The notes beneath the pieces were generated by a model, which searched no databases, was not told the DNA's origin, and saw nothing but the letters and a program-made list of their open reading frames with translations. From assembly GCF_016026235.1 (NCBI RefSeq), contig NZ_CP065613.1: a stretch of DNA of 64,000 nucleotides. One strand, given 5' to 3'. Below are positions 34,812 to 50,064 of this stretch, in pieces. Every line of letters starts with the position of its first letter. The first letter of the stretch is position 1. This DNA is from Escherichia coli (GTDB lineage Bacteria > Pseudomonadota > Gammaproteobacteria > Enterobacterales > Enterobacteriaceae). Both the position numbers and the translations under genes were made by a program.

Positions 34812-35737
34812 TAATAAACCGAACGCCCTAACTGTTTCGTCAATTGTTCAAGGACGGCGATACCCGCAAGCGAGTTACCTGCATCATCCAGTTCCGGACT
34901 CCAGACTGCGATGGCCATTTCATGCGGAACAATCGCCACAATACCGCCACCAACGCCAGATTTCGCCGGTAGTCCCACCCGCCAGGCAAACTCCCCCGCG
35001 TTCTGGTACATACCACTGGTCGCCATCAGCGCGTTAATTTGCCGCGCCTGCATTGGCGTCACCACAGGTTCATCAATGTGAATAGCTTTCCCCTGATTAG
35101 CCAGAAAGACAAACGTCCGGGCCAGCTCTACACAGCTCATTTTCAGAGCGCAGTAATGAAAGTAGTTTTGCAGAACGGTTGTCACGTCATGATGGAAATT
35201 GCCAAACGACTTCATCAGCCAGGCGATAGCCGCATTTCGCGCGGAATGTTCAAATTCGGAACGCGCTACCACCGTATCGTAGGAAATATCAGACACACCG
35301 CTTAAGCCGCGCACGACTTCCAGCATACGTTGCCGTGGTGCGCTTAATCGCCCTTGCAACATATCGCAAACCACCAGCGCACCGGCATTAATAAACGGAT
35401 TACGCGGAATACCCTGCTCCATTTCCAGTTGCACTAAAGAATTGAACGGTGATCCAGACGGATCTTTGCCGACGCGTTGCCAGATTTCCTCTTCGGAGTA
35501 ATGACGCATGGCGACAACGAGACTCAGCACTTTGGAAATAGACTGAATGGAAAAACGTTCTTGCGCGTCTCCGGCCTGAAAAAGCTGTCCGTCAACGGTA
35601 CAGATAGCAATGCCCAATCGGGAACCGTCTACTGTAGCCAGCGCCGGAATATAATCCGCGACTTTACCCTGACCAATGAGCGGCCGCACTTGCCGCAAGA
35701 TGTTTTCTAAAATTGCATTATCCATGGCGACTGCCAC
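34811..35737 (-). CDS. glsB: glutaminase 2
   Basis: 308-aa ORF, serine-dependent glutaminase family. Confidence 0.9.
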
Positions 35738-35800
35738 TTTCTACTCCTGGACCGCAGGTCTGAAAAGACCTGCGAGTATATCAGAGCTGAATATGTCGCG

Positions 35801-37189
35801 TCAGATCCGGTCTTTCCACACCGTCTGGATATTACAGAATTCGTGTAAGCCGAAATGGGAAAGTTCACGACCAAAGCCACTCTTTTTCACGCCACCAAAG
35901 GCCACTCGCGCGTCGCTGGCACAATAACCATTGATAAACACCCCACCGCATTCCAGACGTGCCGCCATCTGTCTGGCCTGTGTTTCGTCGGTGGTAAAAA
36001 TGGTCGCTGAAAGGCCGAACTCACTATCATTAGCCAGTTCCAGCGCATGTTCTGCATCTTTCGCAACGGTGATTGCCGCAACGGGGCCAAACATTTCTTC
36101 CCGAAACGCGGTCATTTCTGGGGTAACATTCGCCAGAACCGTTGGCGGATAGTAGTTACCTGCCCCAGCCATCATTTCCCCGCCCAGTAACAAACGCGCA
36201 CCCTGCGCCAGGGTTTTCTCCACCTGATGATGCAGCTCATCACGTAAATCAAAACGAGCCATTGGTCCGAGAGTGTTCTCTTCGTCACGGGGATCGCCCA
36301 TTTTCAAGGCTGCCGCAGCTGCCACAAAACGTTCGGTAAATGCCGATGCAATTCCCTCTTCGATAATAAAGCGTTTTGCCGCTGCACAAACCTGTCCGGT
36401 ATTCTGATAACGTCCGGCTACCGCCGCTTTCACCGCCAGTTCCAGATCGGCATCGTTAAGCACAATAAACGGATCCGAACCGCCCAGTTCCAGTACGCAT
36501 TTTTTCAGTGCCGCTCCAGCCTGTGCGCCAATAGCCGCTCCAGCACGAACACTTCCGGTCACCGTGACAGCAGCAATGCGCGAGTCTTTAATCATCTGAC
36601 TGACACCGTCGTTGTCGGCATTCAGCCAGCCATATACGCCTTGCGGGATTCCCGCATCTTTAAACACCTGGGCAATGAGCTGAGCACAGCCCATCACATT
36701 CGGCGCATGTTTAAGTAAGTAGCCGTTACCTGCAAGAATGATGGGAACCGCGCCACGCATCACCTGCCATAACGGAAAGTTCCACGGCATAATCGCCAGA
36801 ATCGTCCCCAACGGTCGATACTCAATAACTGCCTGCTGATTTTCCACCAGCGTAGGTTCCGCCTTCAGCATTGCCGGACCATGTTCTGCATACCAGTCAC
36901 ACAAATTCGCCGATTTCGCCACTTCAGCGCGCGCCTGGTTGATTGGTTTGCCCATTTCGCGGGTGATCATTTGCGCCATTTCTTCGCTACGGGCGCGCAG
37001 AGCCTTACCGATATCACGCAGTTTTTCAGCACGATAATCTATATTTGTCTCGCGCCAGTCACGAAAGCCTGCTGCCGCCAGCTGAAGTGCGTTTTCGATA
37101 TCATCAGCGCCAGCCCACGGCAGCACAGAAAGTTGTTCACCCGTGGCAGGATTTATCGAAATTGCATGAGTTGCCGGAGTAATGGTCAT
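35801..37189 (-). CDS. sad: NAD-dependent succinate-semialdehyde dehydrogenase
   Basis: Aldehyde dehydrogenase family; likely start MTITPATH (ORF track extends 8 codons upstream). Confidence 0.9.
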   Translation of the reverse strand: MTITPATHAISINPATGEQLSVLPWAGADDIENALQLAAAGFRDWRETNIDYRAEKLRDIGKALRARSEEMAQMITREMGKPINQARAEVAKSANLCDWYAEHGPAMLKAEPTLVENQQAVIEYRPLGTILAIMPWNFPLWQVMRGAVPIILAGNGYLLKHAPNVMGCAQLIAQVFKDAGIPQGVYGWLNADNDGVSQMIKDSRIAAVTVTGSVRAGAAIGAQAGAALKKCVLELGGSDPFIVLNDADLELAVKAAVAGRYQNTGQVCAAAKRFIIEEGIASAFTERFVAAAAALKMGDPRDEENTLGPMARFDLRDELHHQVEKTLAQGARLLLGGEMMAGAGNYYPPTVLANVTPEMTAFREEMFGPVAAITVAKDAEHALELANDSEFGLSATIFTTDETQARQMAARLECGGVFINGYCASDARVAFGGVKKSGFGRELSHFGLHEFCNIQTVWKDRI

Positions 37190-37289
37190 CGGGGTATCTC
37201 CTTTATGAGTCATGGTATGAAGATACGCAGATTTACTCTTGCTTTAAAATGAATAATATTAAGCCACTTATTCACGAATCGAGAATATT

Positions 37290-38171
37290 ATGGATCTGAC
37301 CCAACTGGAGATGTTCAACGCGGTTGCCGAAGCTGGCAGCATTACGCAGGCTGCAGCAATAGTGCATCGCGTGCCGTCGAATCTCACTACCCGTCTACGC
37401 CAGCTGGAAACAGAACTGGGGGTAGATCTGTTTATTCGCGAGAATCAGCGTTTACGTCTATCTCCTGCCGGGCATAACTTTTTACGCTATAGCCAACAAA
37501 TTCTCGCGTTAGTGGATGAAGCGCGGAGCGTTGTCGCTGGCGATGAGCCGCAAGGTTTATTTTCTCTGGGTTCGCTGGAAAGCACCGCAGCAGTTCGCAT
37601 TCCGGCCACGCTGGCGGAATTCAACCGTCGTTATCCCAAAATTCAGTTTTCACTTTCCACCGGCCCTTCCGGCACTATGCTGGAAGGTGTGCTGGAGGGA
37701 AAACTTAATGCGGCGTTTATTGATGGACCCATTAACCATACTGCCATTGACGGGATACCGGTATACCGCGAGGAGCTGATGATCGTCACGCCACAAGGTC
37801 ATGCGCCAGTAATCCGTGCCAGTCAGGTTAATGGCAGTAACATTTATGCCTTCCGCGCCAATTGTTCGTATCGTCGCCACTTCGAGAGCTGGTTTCATGC
37901 TGACGGTGCCGCTCCGGGAACTATCCATGAGATGGAGTCTTATCACGGAATGTTGGCCTGTGTAGTCGCAGGAGCAGGCATTGCGCTTATTCCGCGCTCT
38001 ATGCTGGAAAGTATGCCGGGGCATCACCAGGTTGAAGCGTGGCCGTTAGCTGAGCAATGGCGTTGGCTAACAACCTGGCTGGTCTGGCGTCGTGGTGCGA
38101 AAACGCGTCCGCTCGAGGCATTTATTCAACTACTGGATGTGCCTGACTCGACAAAACAGGGTTACCAATGA
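37290..38171 (+). CDS. yneJ: LysR-family transcriptional regulator
   Basis: 293-aa ORF with N-terminal HTH, divergent from sad. Confidence 0.85.
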   Translation: MDLTQLEMFNAVAEAGSITQAAAIVHRVPSNLTTRLRQLETELGVDLFIRENQRLRLSPAGHNFLRYSQQILALVDEARSVVAGDEPQGLFSLGSLESTAAVRIPATLAEFNRRYPKIQFSLSTGPSGTMLEGVLEGKLNAAFIDGPINHTAIDGIPVYREELMIVTPQGHAPVIRASQVNGSNIYAFRANCSYRRHFESWFHADGAAPGTIHEMESYHGMLACVVAGAGIALIPRSMLESMPGHHQVEAWPLAEQWRWLTTWLVWRRGAKTRPLEAFIQLLDVPDSTKQGYQ

Positions 38172-38248
38172 GCTATTTTTGATAGTTCTTGCGGCTAATA
38201 TGCTCTATATAGTGATGTTCCGATGACTTATGACTATATGGGGCAAAT

Positions 38249-39364
38249 ATGGTTACGCCAGTAAGCATCAGCAATTACATATCTCTTCCTGATGATTTTC
38301 CCGTTCGTAATATTGCACCTCAGGTAAAAGAAGTTTTAAAGGATTTTATTGATGCACTTAGTACAATAATATGTGATGAAGAGTGGCGCACGTCTTTAAA
38401 CATCAACTCAGCCACAAAAAAGATATTTAATAACCTTGACAACTTATCATATATTCAGAGGACTTCTTTTCGGGGTAACGACACGCTATACAATGAAAAG
38501 GTTCAGTTTAAACTCACTTATCCCGCCAGGAATGGAAGACACAAAGAAAATATTGAATTTCAGGTAGTAATAAATTTAAGCCCTATTTATTTAGATAATT
38601 TCCGCCATGATGGAGAAATTAATATTTTTTGCGCTCCCAACCCAAAGCCTGTCACTATGGGGCGCGTATTTCAGACCGGCGTCGAGCGTGTGCTCTTTCT
38701 GTTTCTGAATGATTTTATTGAACAATTCCCAATGATCAACCCTGGCGTTCCCATCAAAAGAGCGCATACACCACATATTGACCCCCTGCCTCCGGATCAC
38801 CATACCGCTGCAGATTACTTACGCCAGTTTGATTTGCTTGTCCTGAATTTTATCTCTCGCGGTAATTTTGTCATACTCCCCCGATTATGGAATAACTCTG
38901 AGGTTCACAGATGGTTCGTCAATAAAGATCCTAACTTGATCACCGCCATTCTCGACATAACGGACAGCGAATTAAAAGAGGATTTATTGCAAAGCCTGAT
39001 GGATTCATTAGGTTCTAACAAACATGTACTACCCGAAGTCTGCATCTGCTTTTTATCCCTTTTAGCAGAACAAGATTTTCCACATTTTCAGGACTTGTTT
39101 TTATTTTTCGCCAATATGTTATTGCACTATCACCAATTTATGAATCCCAATGAAAGTGATTTGAATGACGTGTTGATGCCAGCATCATTAAGTGATGATA
39201 AAATTATCAAACATATGGCGCGCAAGACCCTCAAACTTTTTGTAAAAAATGAAACGCCGCCAAAAGTTACTCATGAAGACCTGGTGAAAAACAGGCCTCG
39301 CTCCCCTGTCAGACCACCTATACCCGCAACCTCCAAAACGCCAGACCTCCCTGAACGTCATTAA
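38249..39364 (+). CDS. yneK: protein of unknown function
   Basis: 371-aa ORF, low GC, no recognisable motif. Confidence 0.7.
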   Translation: MVTPVSISNYISLPDDFPVRNIAPQVKEVLKDFIDALSTIICDEEWRTSLNINSATKKIFNNLDNLSYIQRTSFRGNDTLYNEKVQFKLTYPARNGRHKENIEFQVVINLSPIYLDNFRHDGEINIFCAPNPKPVTMGRVFQTGVERVLFLFLNDFIEQFPMINPGVPIKRAHTPHIDPLPPDHHTAADYLRQFDLLVLNFISRGNFVILPRLWNNSEVHRWFVNKDPNLITAILDITDSELKEDLLQSLMDSLGSNKHVLPEVCICFLSLLAEQDFPHFQDLFLFFANMLLHYHQFMNPNESDLNDVLMPASLSDDKIIKHMARKTLKLFVKNETPPKVTHEDLVKNRPRSPVRPPIPATSKTPDLPERH

Positions 39365-39513
39365 ACCGTGATGTGACCGACTCTCTGACGCGTGAAAGAA
39401 TCAGCGTCAGAGAAACGGAAAACGCGATCCAGATCACAAATGCATTGTATTCACATCATTAACCGTTTTAAGATCATTTCATCACTTTTTCGCAACTCAC
39501 CCGATAATCTGTT

Positions 39514-40704
39514 ATGACAACAAACACTGTTTCCCGCAAAGTGGCGTGGCTACGGGTCGTTACGCTGGCAGTCGCCGCCTTCATCTTCAACACCACCGAA
39601 TTTGTCCCTGTTGGCCTACTCTCTGACATTGCGCAAAGTTTTCACATGCAAACCGCTCAGGTCGGCATTATGTTGACCATTTACGCATGGGTAGTAGCGC
39701 TAATGTCATTGCCTTTTATGCTAATGACCAGCCAGGTTGAACGGCGCAAATTACTGATCTGCCTGTTTGTGGTGTTTATTGCCAGCCACGTACTGTCGTT
39801 TTTATCGTGGAGCTTTACCGTTCTGGTGATCAGTCGCATTGGTGTGGCTTTTGCACATGCGATTTTCTGGTCGATTACGGCGTCCCTGGCGATCCGTATG
39901 GCTCCGGCCGGGAAGCGAGCACAGGCATTGAGTTTAATTGCCACAGGTACAGCACTGGCAATGGTATTAGGATTACCTCTCGGGCGCATTGTGGGGCAGT
40001 ATTTCGGTTGGCGAATGACCTTCTTCGCGATTGGTATCGGGGCGCTTGTTACCCTTTTGTGCCTGATTAAGTTACTTCCCTTACTGCCCAGTGAGCATTC
40101 CGGTTCATTGAAAAGCCTCCCGCTATTGTTCCGCCGCCCGGCATTGATGAGCATTTATTTGTTAACTTTGGTGGTTGTCACCGCCCATTACACGGCATAC
40201 AGCTATATTGAGCCTTTTGTGCAAAACATTGCGGGATTCAGCGCCAACTTTGCCACGGCATTACTGTTATTACTCGGTGGTGCGGGCATTATTGGCAGCG
40301 TGATTTTCGGTAAACTGGGTAATCAATATGCGTCTGCGTTGGTAAGTACGGCGATTGCGCTGTTGCTGGTGTGCCTGGCACTGCTGCTACCTGCGGCGAA
40401 CAGTGAAATACACCTCGGGGTGCTGAGTATTTTCTGGGGGATCGCGATGATGATCATCGGGCTTGGTATGCAGGTTAAAGTGCTGGCGCTGGCACCAGAT
40501 GCCACCGACGTCGCGATGGCGCTATTCTCCGGGATATTTAATATTGGAATCGGGGCGGGTGCGTTGGTAGGTAATCAGGTGAGTCTGCACTGGTCAATGT
40601 CGATGATTGGTTATGTGGGCGCGGTGCCTGCTTTTGCCGCGTTAATATGGTCAATCATTATATTTCGCCGCTGGCCAGTGACACTCGAAGAACAGACGCA
40701 ATAG
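39514..40704 (+). CDS. ydeA: MFS sugar efflux transporter
   Basis: 396-aa 12-TM ORF. Confidence 0.85.
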   Translation: MTTNTVSRKVAWLRVVTLAVAAFIFNTTEFVPVGLLSDIAQSFHMQTAQVGIMLTIYAWVVALMSLPFMLMTSQVERRKLLICLFVVFIASHVLSFLSWSFTVLVISRIGVAFAHAIFWSITASLAIRMAPAGKRAQALSLIATGTALAMVLGLPLGRIVGQYFGWRMTFFAIGIGALVTLLCLIKLLPLLPSEHSGSLKSLPLLFRRPALMSIYLLTLVVVTAHYTAYSYIEPFVQNIAGFSANFATALLLLLGGAGIIGSVIFGKLGNQYASALVSTAIALLLVCLALLLPAANSEIHLGVLSIFWGIAMMIIGLGMQVKVLALAPDATDVAMALFSGIFNIGIGAGALVGNQVSLHWSMSMIGYVGAVPAFAALIWSIIIFRRWPVTLEEQTQ

Positions 40705-40728
40705 TTGAAAGGCCCATTCGGGCCTTTT

Positions 40729-41394
40729 TTAATGATACGTTTTAATGATTTCCAGGATGCCGTTAATAATAAACTGTACACCCATACATACCAGCAGGAA
40801 CCCCATCAAGCGGGAGATCGCTTCAATGCCACCCTTGCCCACCAGCCGCATAATTGCGCCAGAGCTGCGTAGACTTCCCCACAAAATAACCGCCACCAGG
40901 AAAAAGATCAGCGGCGGCGCAACCATCAGTACCCAATCAGCGAAGGTTGAACTCTGACGCACTGTGGACGCCGAGCTAATAATCATCGCAATGGTTCCCG
41001 GACCGGCGGTACTTGGCATTGCCAGTGGTACAAAAGCAATATTGGCGCTGGGTTCATCTTCCAGCTCTTCCGACTTGCTTTTCGCTTCCGGTGAATCAAT
41101 CGCTTTCTGTTGCGGAAAGAGCATCCGAAAACCGATAAACGCGACGATTAAGCCGCCTGCAATTCGCAGACCGGGAATCGAAATGCCAAATGTATCCATC
41201 ACCAGTTGCCCGGCGTAATACGCCACCATCATGATGGCAAAGACGTACACCGAGGCCATCAACGACTGACGATTACGTTCGGCACTGTTCATGTTGCCTG
41301 CCAGGCCAAGAAATAACGCGACAGTTGTTAATGGGTTAGCTAACGGCAGTAACACCACCAGCCCCAGGCCAATTGCTTTAAACAAATCTAACAT
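40729..41394 (-). CDS. marC: MarC-family inner membrane protein
   Basis: 221-aa membrane ORF divergent from marRAB. Confidence 0.9.
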   Translation of the reverse strand: MLDLFKAIGLGLVVLLPLANPLTTVALFLGLAGNMNSAERNRQSLMASVYVFAIMMVAYYAGQLVMDTFGISIPGLRIAGGLIVAFIGFRMLFPQQKAIDSPEAKSKSEELEDEPSANIAFVPLAMPSTAGPGTIAMIISSASTVRQSSTFADWVLMVAPPLIFFLVAVILWGSLRSSGAIMRLVGKGGIEAISRLMGFLLVCMGVQFIINGILEIIKTYH

Positions 41395-41499
41395 TGGTGG
41401 TTGTTATCCTGTGTATCTGGGTTATCAGCGAAAAGTATAAGGGGTAAACAAGGATAAAGTGTCACTCTTTAGCTAACCTTGCATCGCATTGACCAAAAC

Positions 41500-41605
41500 T
41501 TGAACCGATTTAGCAAAACGTGGCATCGGTCAATTCATTCATTTGACTTATACTTGCCTGGGCAATATTATCCTCTGCAACTAATTACTTGCCAGGGCAA
41601 CTAAT
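41500..41605 (+). promoter_or_regulatory. marO operator/promoter: marbox, -35 TTGACT and two MarR sites
   Basis: GATTTAGCAAAACGTGGCATCGGTC marbox; TACTTGCCTGGGCAATA and TTACTTGCCAGGGCAACTAA palindromic sites directly before the marR GTG start. Confidence 0.8.
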
Positions 41606-42040
41606 GTGAAAAGTACCAGCGATCTGTTCAATGAAATTATTCCATTGGGTCGCTTAATCCATATGGTTAATCAGAAGAAAGATCGTCTGCTTAACGAGTA
41701 TCTGTCTCCGCTGGATATTACTGCGGCACAGTTTAAGGTGCTCTGCTCTATCCGCTGCGCGGCGTGTATTACTCCGGTTGAACTGAAAAAAGTGTTGTCG
41801 GTCGACCTGGGAGCACTGACCCGTATGCTGGATCGCCTGGTCTGTAAAGGCTGGGTTGAAAGGTTGCCGAACCCGAATGATAAGCGCGGCGTACTGGTAA
41901 AACTTACCACCAGCGGCGCGGCAATATGCGAACAATGCCATCAATTAGTTGGCCAGGACCTGCATCAAGAATTAACAAAAAACCTGACGGCGGACGAAGT
42001 GGCAACACTTGAGCATTTGCTTAAGAAAGTCCTGCCGTAA
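41606..42040 (+). CDS. marR: multiple antibiotic resistance repressor
   Basis: 144-aa ORF with GTG start, winged-helix MarR family. Confidence 0.9.
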
Positions 42041-42059
42041 ACAAAAAAGAGGTATGACG

Positions 42060-42443
42060 ATGTCCAGACGCAATACTGACGCTATTACCATTCATAGCAT
42101 TTTGGACTGGATCGAGGACAACCTGGAATCGCCACTGTCACTGGAGAAAGTGTCAGAGCGTTCGGGTTACTCCAAATGGCACCTGCAACGGATGTTTAAA
42201 AAAGAAACCGGTCATTCATTAGGCCAATACATCCGCAGCCGTAAGATGACGGAAATCGCGCAAAAGCTGAAGGAAAGTAACGAGCCAATACTCTATCTGG
42301 CAGAACGATATGGCTTCGAGTCGCAACAAACTCTGACCCGAACCTTCAAAAATTACTTTGATGTCCCGCCACATAAATACCGGATGACCAATATGCAGGG
42401 CGAATCGCGCTTTTTACATCCATTAAATCATTACAACAGCTAG
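42060..42443 (+). CDS. marA: AraC/XylS-family activator MarA
   Basis: [51 protein letters not shown]...; ORF track shows longer upstream-extended version. Confidence 0.9.
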
Positions 42444-42474
42444 TTGAAAACGTGACAACGTCACTGAGGCAATT

Positions 42475-42693
42475 ATGAAACCGCTTTTATCCGCAATAGC
42501 AGCTGCGCTTATTCTCTTTTCCGCGCAGGGCGTTGCGGAACAAACCACGCAGCCAGTTGTTACTTCCTGTGCCAATGTCGTGGTTGTTCCCCCATCGCAG
42601 GAACAACCACCGTTTGATTTAAATCACATGGGTACTGGCAGTGATAAGTCGGATGCGCTCGGCGTGCCCTATTATAATCAACACGCTATGTAG
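42475..42693 (+). CDS. marB: periplasmic MarB
   Basis: 72-aa ORF with signal peptide. Confidence 0.85.
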   Translation: MKPLLSAIAAALILFSAQGVAEQTTQPVVTSCANVVVVPPSQEQPPFDLNHMGTGSDKSDALGVPYYNQHAM

Positions 42694-42700
42694 TTATTGT

Positions 42701-42722
42701 CAGGCTCTGATCACAGAGCCTG
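42701..42722. terminator. hairpin between convergent marB and the glucosidase gene, possible bidirectional terminator
   Basis: CAGGCTCTG-atca-CAGAGCCTG perfect 9-bp stem; no strong T-tract on either side. Confidence 0.4.
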
Positions 42723-42749
42723 ACATCTCCGTAATATCTTCCTGAAGTC

Positions 42750-45890
<3,141 letters not shown>

Positions 45891-45942
45891 TTATCCTTAA
45901 GAGTATAATAATTTCCTCCAGCTATCGCACTGGAGGAAAAAA

Positions 45943-46257
45943 TCAGGCATGGAGTTCTTTTCTTAATGAAATAATTTCCCTGGCTAAATCCAGGCATAAT
46001 ATTGCATTCATCAAATGATCCTGTGCATGAACCAGAATTAAATTAACTTTTATTTTGCCACAGCCTTCATCCTGACTAATTAATGCGGTCTGAATCTTAT
46101 GTGCCTGAAGACAGGCAGATTCAGAACTGGCCATTAGCTGAGTTGCGCCCTGCCAGTCTTTTTGCCCAGCACAACGTATGGCTTCCATCGCGTCAGAACG
46201 TGCCTGCCCCGCGTTGACCAGTAACTCCATAACAAGTTCTTCATCTGCAAACATCAC
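45943..46257 (-). CDS. PTS lactose/cellobiose-family EIIA
   Basis: 104-aa helical ORF typical of cellobiose-type EIIA. Confidence 0.8.
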   Translation of the reverse strand: MMFADEELVMELLVNAGQARSDAMEAIRCAGQKDWQGATQLMASSESACLQAHKIQTALISQDEGCGKIKVNLILVHAQDHLMNAILCLDLAREIISLRKELHA

Positions 46258-46281
46258 AATCTCCTTCCTGGGTAAATGGAA

Positions 46282-47604
46282 TTATCCGTTAGTTGTCATG
46301 TTATTGACTTTGTTGGCGGCAATAACAAAAGGTAAATAGATCATTGTCGCCACACCTAAACATAAAAAACCAACCAGTAAAGCCAGCCAGTTCCCCCCGG
46401 TTCCGAGGAAAGCAATTAAAGGTCCGGGCGTAGTCCAGGGCACGGCATAAGCAACCGGTGGAATAATTTCCATCGAAACAAAGAAGTAACCAATGGCACA
46501 GTTAACAATGGGAACCATAATAAACGGCACCATCATGATGGGGTTAAGTACAATAGGAAGGCCAAACATTATCGGTTCATTGATATTGAAAATACCGGGG
46601 ATAAATGACATTTTTGCCAGATCACGGTATTCCGCACGCTTAGAAGCGATAAAAATAGCCAACAATAACCCCAACGTCATACCTGAACCGCCGCAGTTGG
46701 CGAATGCATCATTAATAGAAGTCCAGGTAATCGGATATGGCGCGCCCCAGGTAGTGCCATGTTGAGCGGCCCAGGAGAGATTCTCCAGATTAGCCTCAGA
46801 AAAAACGGTTTCTCGAATTGCCGATGTGGTATTAGGTCCGTGGATCCCCAGCACCCACAGGAAATTACCCACAGCCCCCAGGATAATTACCGCAAAGATA
46901 TTCGTTCCCATATGTTTGAGCGGCGTCTGGATTAATGTGTAAATAAGATCGTTTAGTCCTGCCGGGGATATCAGTGTCAGGCAATAATTAAGTGCGGAAA
47001 AGAACACCATGACAAAAAATATTGGCAATAAAACTTTACATGAACGCGCTACCGCAGGCGGTACAGCTGCCGGCATCGTTATGGTGATTTTTGGGTTTCG
47101 AGCTAAGCGACAAAATATTTCACTGGTGATCAATGCAACGATAACAGCAACAAACAACCCCTGCGCGCCGAGATATTTGGTCGTCAGGAATGCTTGCCCA
47201 TCTATCATCTGATATGGCGTATAAACAATAAAAAATGCTCCTATTGCCGTTAATCCGCATAAAAGATCATCTTGCTCATAGCTAATCGCCATATTCCTGG
47301 CGACCAGGAAAGCAATCATAATTGACATGATATTTACAGAACCATTCATTACCGGAGTAAAAATAGCTTGTGCTTTTTCAAGGTTGGGGAAAATGCTATT
47401 CAGATGCAGTAATCCGGCAATAAAACCGTCTGGCGATAATATGGCAAAGTTAATTAATATAATTAATGAACTTGCCATGATAATTGGAAACGTAAAAACG
47501 AATCCATCTCTCACCGCTGCAACATGTTTTTGTGAGTTTAACTTGATAGCAACTGGAACAAGAAAACGTTCCATTCCACGTTCGAATGAGGCCATTAATC
47601 CCAT
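46282..47604 (-). CDS. PTS lactose/cellobiose-family EIIC permease
   Basis: 440-aa polytopic membrane ORF. Confidence 0.85.
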   Translation of the reverse strand: MGLMASFERGMERFLVPVAIKLNSQKHVAAVRDGFVFTFPIIMASSLIILINFAILSPDGFIAGLLHLNSIFPNLEKAQAIFTPVMNGSVNIMSIMIAFLVARNMAISYEQDDLLCGLTAIGAFFIVYTPYQMIDGQAFLTTKYLGAQGLFVAVIVALITSEIFCRLARNPKITITMPAAVPPAVARSCKVLLPIFFVMVFFSALNYCLTLISPAGLNDLIYTLIQTPLKHMGTNIFAVIILGAVGNFLWVLGIHGPNTTSAIRETVFSEANLENLSWAAQHGTTWGAPYPITWTSINDAFANCGGSGMTLGLLLAIFIASKRAEYRDLAKMSFIPGIFNINEPIMFGLPIVLNPIMMVPFIMVPIVNCAIGYFFVSMEIIPPVAYAVPWTTPGPLIAFLGTGGNWLALLVGFLCLGVATMIYLPFVIAANKVNNMTTNG

Positions 47605-47717
47605 TTTTTATACCTGTTGTTTTGGATATTTATACATCCCAATAAAGCATGTATGCCATATCCATTTTATGATGTGTGAAAAGTTAGTTCAGGTAATAGT
47701 TTAATAATATTAGATTC

Positions 47718-48029
47718 TTACTCTTGCAGTAGTTTCATCGCAAATTCAAGAACTGCCTGTCCGTTCATGGTGCCGTAGTCTTTCATCTCGATAACGGCTA
47801 CAGGCATTTTCCCCTGTGCAACGGCTTCAATCTCTGGTTTCTGAAAGCGAACTTGCGGGCCAAGTAAAACAACGTCAACTTCGTTATTTTTAATTTTCCC
47901 TTTAGCCTCTGCAATCGCCAATGCGGAAATATTAACTTCAAGTGAAATAGCGTTAGCATGATCAATCATACGTTTAACCAGCATACTGGTTGACATGCCC
48001 GCAGCGCAAACTAACAATATTTTTTTCAT
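47718..48029 (-). CDS. PTS lactose/cellobiose-family EIIB
   Basis: 103-aa ORF with N-terminal phospho-cysteine loop MKKILLVCAAGMSTS. Confidence 0.85.
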   Translation of the reverse strand: MKKILLVCAAGMSTSMLVKRMIDHANAISLEVNISALAIAEAKGKIKNNEVDVVLLGPQVRFQKPEIEAVAQGKMPVAVIEMKDYGTMNGQAVLEFAMKLLQE

Positions 48030-48227
48030 ATTTTCCCTTACTGGTATATAACAGATTACATTGTTTAAATATCATATCCCGCAGTAGCTATACGTCCTGG
48101 TACATTGATCACAGTAATACAGTGATAAAGTTGTTCAACATCAGGGTGATTATTAAACGACTCGGCCATACGATAAACCAATCAGGACTCAACTCCTTGT
48201 TTTCAATGGCTCTTAAAAGGTGCAAAA

Positions 48228-48926
48228 GTGATTTTTCAAAAGATTGCCCGCTTACTTAAATCCGAAATCAATGGCAATTCATGGCATGTTGGTGATTTGT
48301 TGCCGTCAGAAGCGGAACTCGCTGTTCGTTATAATGTTTCGCGTAATACCCTGCGTAAGGCATTATCCTTGCTGGAAGGCGAAGGAATTATTCACAGAAA
48401 GCATGGTTCAGGAACATACATTCAAAAAAAGAATTTTGTTGCACACATTGATCACATGAACAGTTTCAGTGAAATTGCGCATAAAAGCGGCAAAGAGGCA
48501 GGGAGTCAGATTATGAAATTTGAAGTGCAGGATGCTTCACCCACTATTGCGACTGAGCTGAATTTAGTGACTGGTGAGCAGGTTTATTACATAAAGAGAC
48601 TGCGATTCATTGAGGATAATGCAGCACAATTAGAAGAAACGTGGATGTCAGTAGCACGTTTTCCTGATTTAACCGTGTCACATATGCAAAAATCCAAATT
48701 TTCATATATTGAGAATGAATGCGGGATCAAAATCATTGGCACCTTTGAAACTTTCTCCCCTACTTTTCCTACCCCAGAAATCGCCAGTATTTTACGGATC
48801 AGCCCACGGGATCCCATACTTAAAATTCAGACCCAGGCTGTGGACAGTAACTCTATTCCGCTGGATTATTCGTTACTTTACAGCAATATTTTCGAGTTCC
48901 AGGTAAAGTACTTTTTCCCGCGATAA
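48228..48926 (+). CDS. GntR/HutC-family transcriptional regulator (HTH plus UTRA effector domain)
   Basis: 232-aa ORF; N-terminal PSEAELAVRYNVSRNTLRKALSLLEGEGII HTH; divergent from the PTS operon. Confidence 0.8.
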   Translation: MIFQKIARLLKSEINGNSWHVGDLLPSEAELAVRYNVSRNTLRKALSLLEGEGIIHRKHGSGTYIQKKNFVAHIDHMNSFSEIAHKSGKEAGSQIMKFEVQDASPTIATELNLVTGEQVYYIKRLRFIEDNAAQLEETWMSVARFPDLTVSHMQKSKFSYIENECGIKIIGTFETFSPTFPTPEIASILRISPRDPILKIQTQAVDSNSIPLDYSLLYSNIFEFQVKYFFPR

Positions 48927-48970
48927 AAGCAGACGCACAGAGTGCTGACATCACATTCTGTGCGTATGGT

Positions 48971-49870
48971 TTAGCCTCTAACCTTTACCGCTTTACGCCA
49001 CCGCAAGCCAAATACATTGATATACAGCCCGGTCATAATGAGCACCGCACCTAAAAATTGCAGACCCGTTAAGCGTTCATCCAACAATAGTGCCGCACTT
49101 GCCAGTCCGACTACGGGCACCAGTAACGATAACGGTGCAACCCGCCAGGTTTCATAGCGTCCCAGTAACGTCCCCCAGATCCCATAACCAACAATTGTCG
49201 CCACAAACGCCAGATACATCAGAGACAAGATGGTGGTCATATCGATAGTAACCAGACTGTGAATCATGGTTGCGGAACCATCGAGAATCAGCGAGGCAAC
49301 AAAGAAGGGAATGATTGGGATTAAAGCGCTCCAGATTACCAGCGACATCACCGCCGGACGCGTTGAGTGCGACATGATCTTTTTATTGAAGATGTTGCCA
49401 CACGCCCAACTAAATGCTGCCGCCAGGGTCAACATAAAGCCGAGCATCGCCACATGCTGACCGTTCAGACTATCTTCGATTAACACCAGTACGCCAAAAA
49501 TCGCTAAGGCGATCCCCGCCAATTGTTTGCCATGCAATCGCTCCCCGAAAGTAAACGCGCCAAGCATGATAGTAAAAAACGCCTGTGCCTGTAACACCAG
49601 CGAAGCCAGTCCAGCAGGCATACCGAAGTTAATGGCACAAAAAAGAAAAGCAAACTGCGCAAAACTGATGGTTAATCCATACCCCAGCAGCAAATTCAGT
49701 GGTACTTTCGGTCGTGCGACAAAAAAGATAGCCGGAAAAGCGACCAGCATAAAGCGCAAACCGGCCAGCATCAGCGGTGGCATGTTATGAAGCCCCACTT
49801 TGATGACCACAAAATTTAGCCCCCATACGACCACTACCAGTAGCGCCAACACCCCATCTTTTCGCGACAT
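48971..49870 (-). CDS. eamA: cysteine/O-acetylserine exporter (DMT superfamily)
   Basis: 10-TM membrane ORF; likely start MSRKDGVLAL (ORF track extends 7 codons upstream). Confidence 0.85.
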   Translation of the reverse strand: MSRKDGVLALLVVVVWGLNFVVIKVGLHNMPPLMLAGLRFMLVAFPAIFFVARPKVPLNLLLGYGLTISFAQFAFLFCAINFGMPAGLASLVLQAQAFFTIMLGAFTFGERLHGKQLAGIALAIFGVLVLIEDSLNGQHVAMLGFMLTLAAAFSWACGNIFNKKIMSHSTRPAVMSLVIWSALIPIIPFFVASLILDGSATMIHSLVTIDMTTILSLMYLAFVATIVGYGIWGTLLGRYETWRVAPLSLLVPVVGLASAALLLDERLTGLQFLGAVLIMTGLYINVFGLRWRKAVKVRG

Positions 49871-50064
49871 TCTACCGCCTCTGAATTTCATCTTTTGTAA
49901 GCAATCAACTTAGCTGAATTTACTTTTCTTTAACAGTTGATTCGTTAGTCGCCGGTTACGACGGCATTAATGCGCAAATAAGTCGCTATACTTCGGATTT
50001 TTGCCATGCTATTTCTTTACATCTCTAAAACAAAACATAACGAAACGCACTGCCGGACAGACAA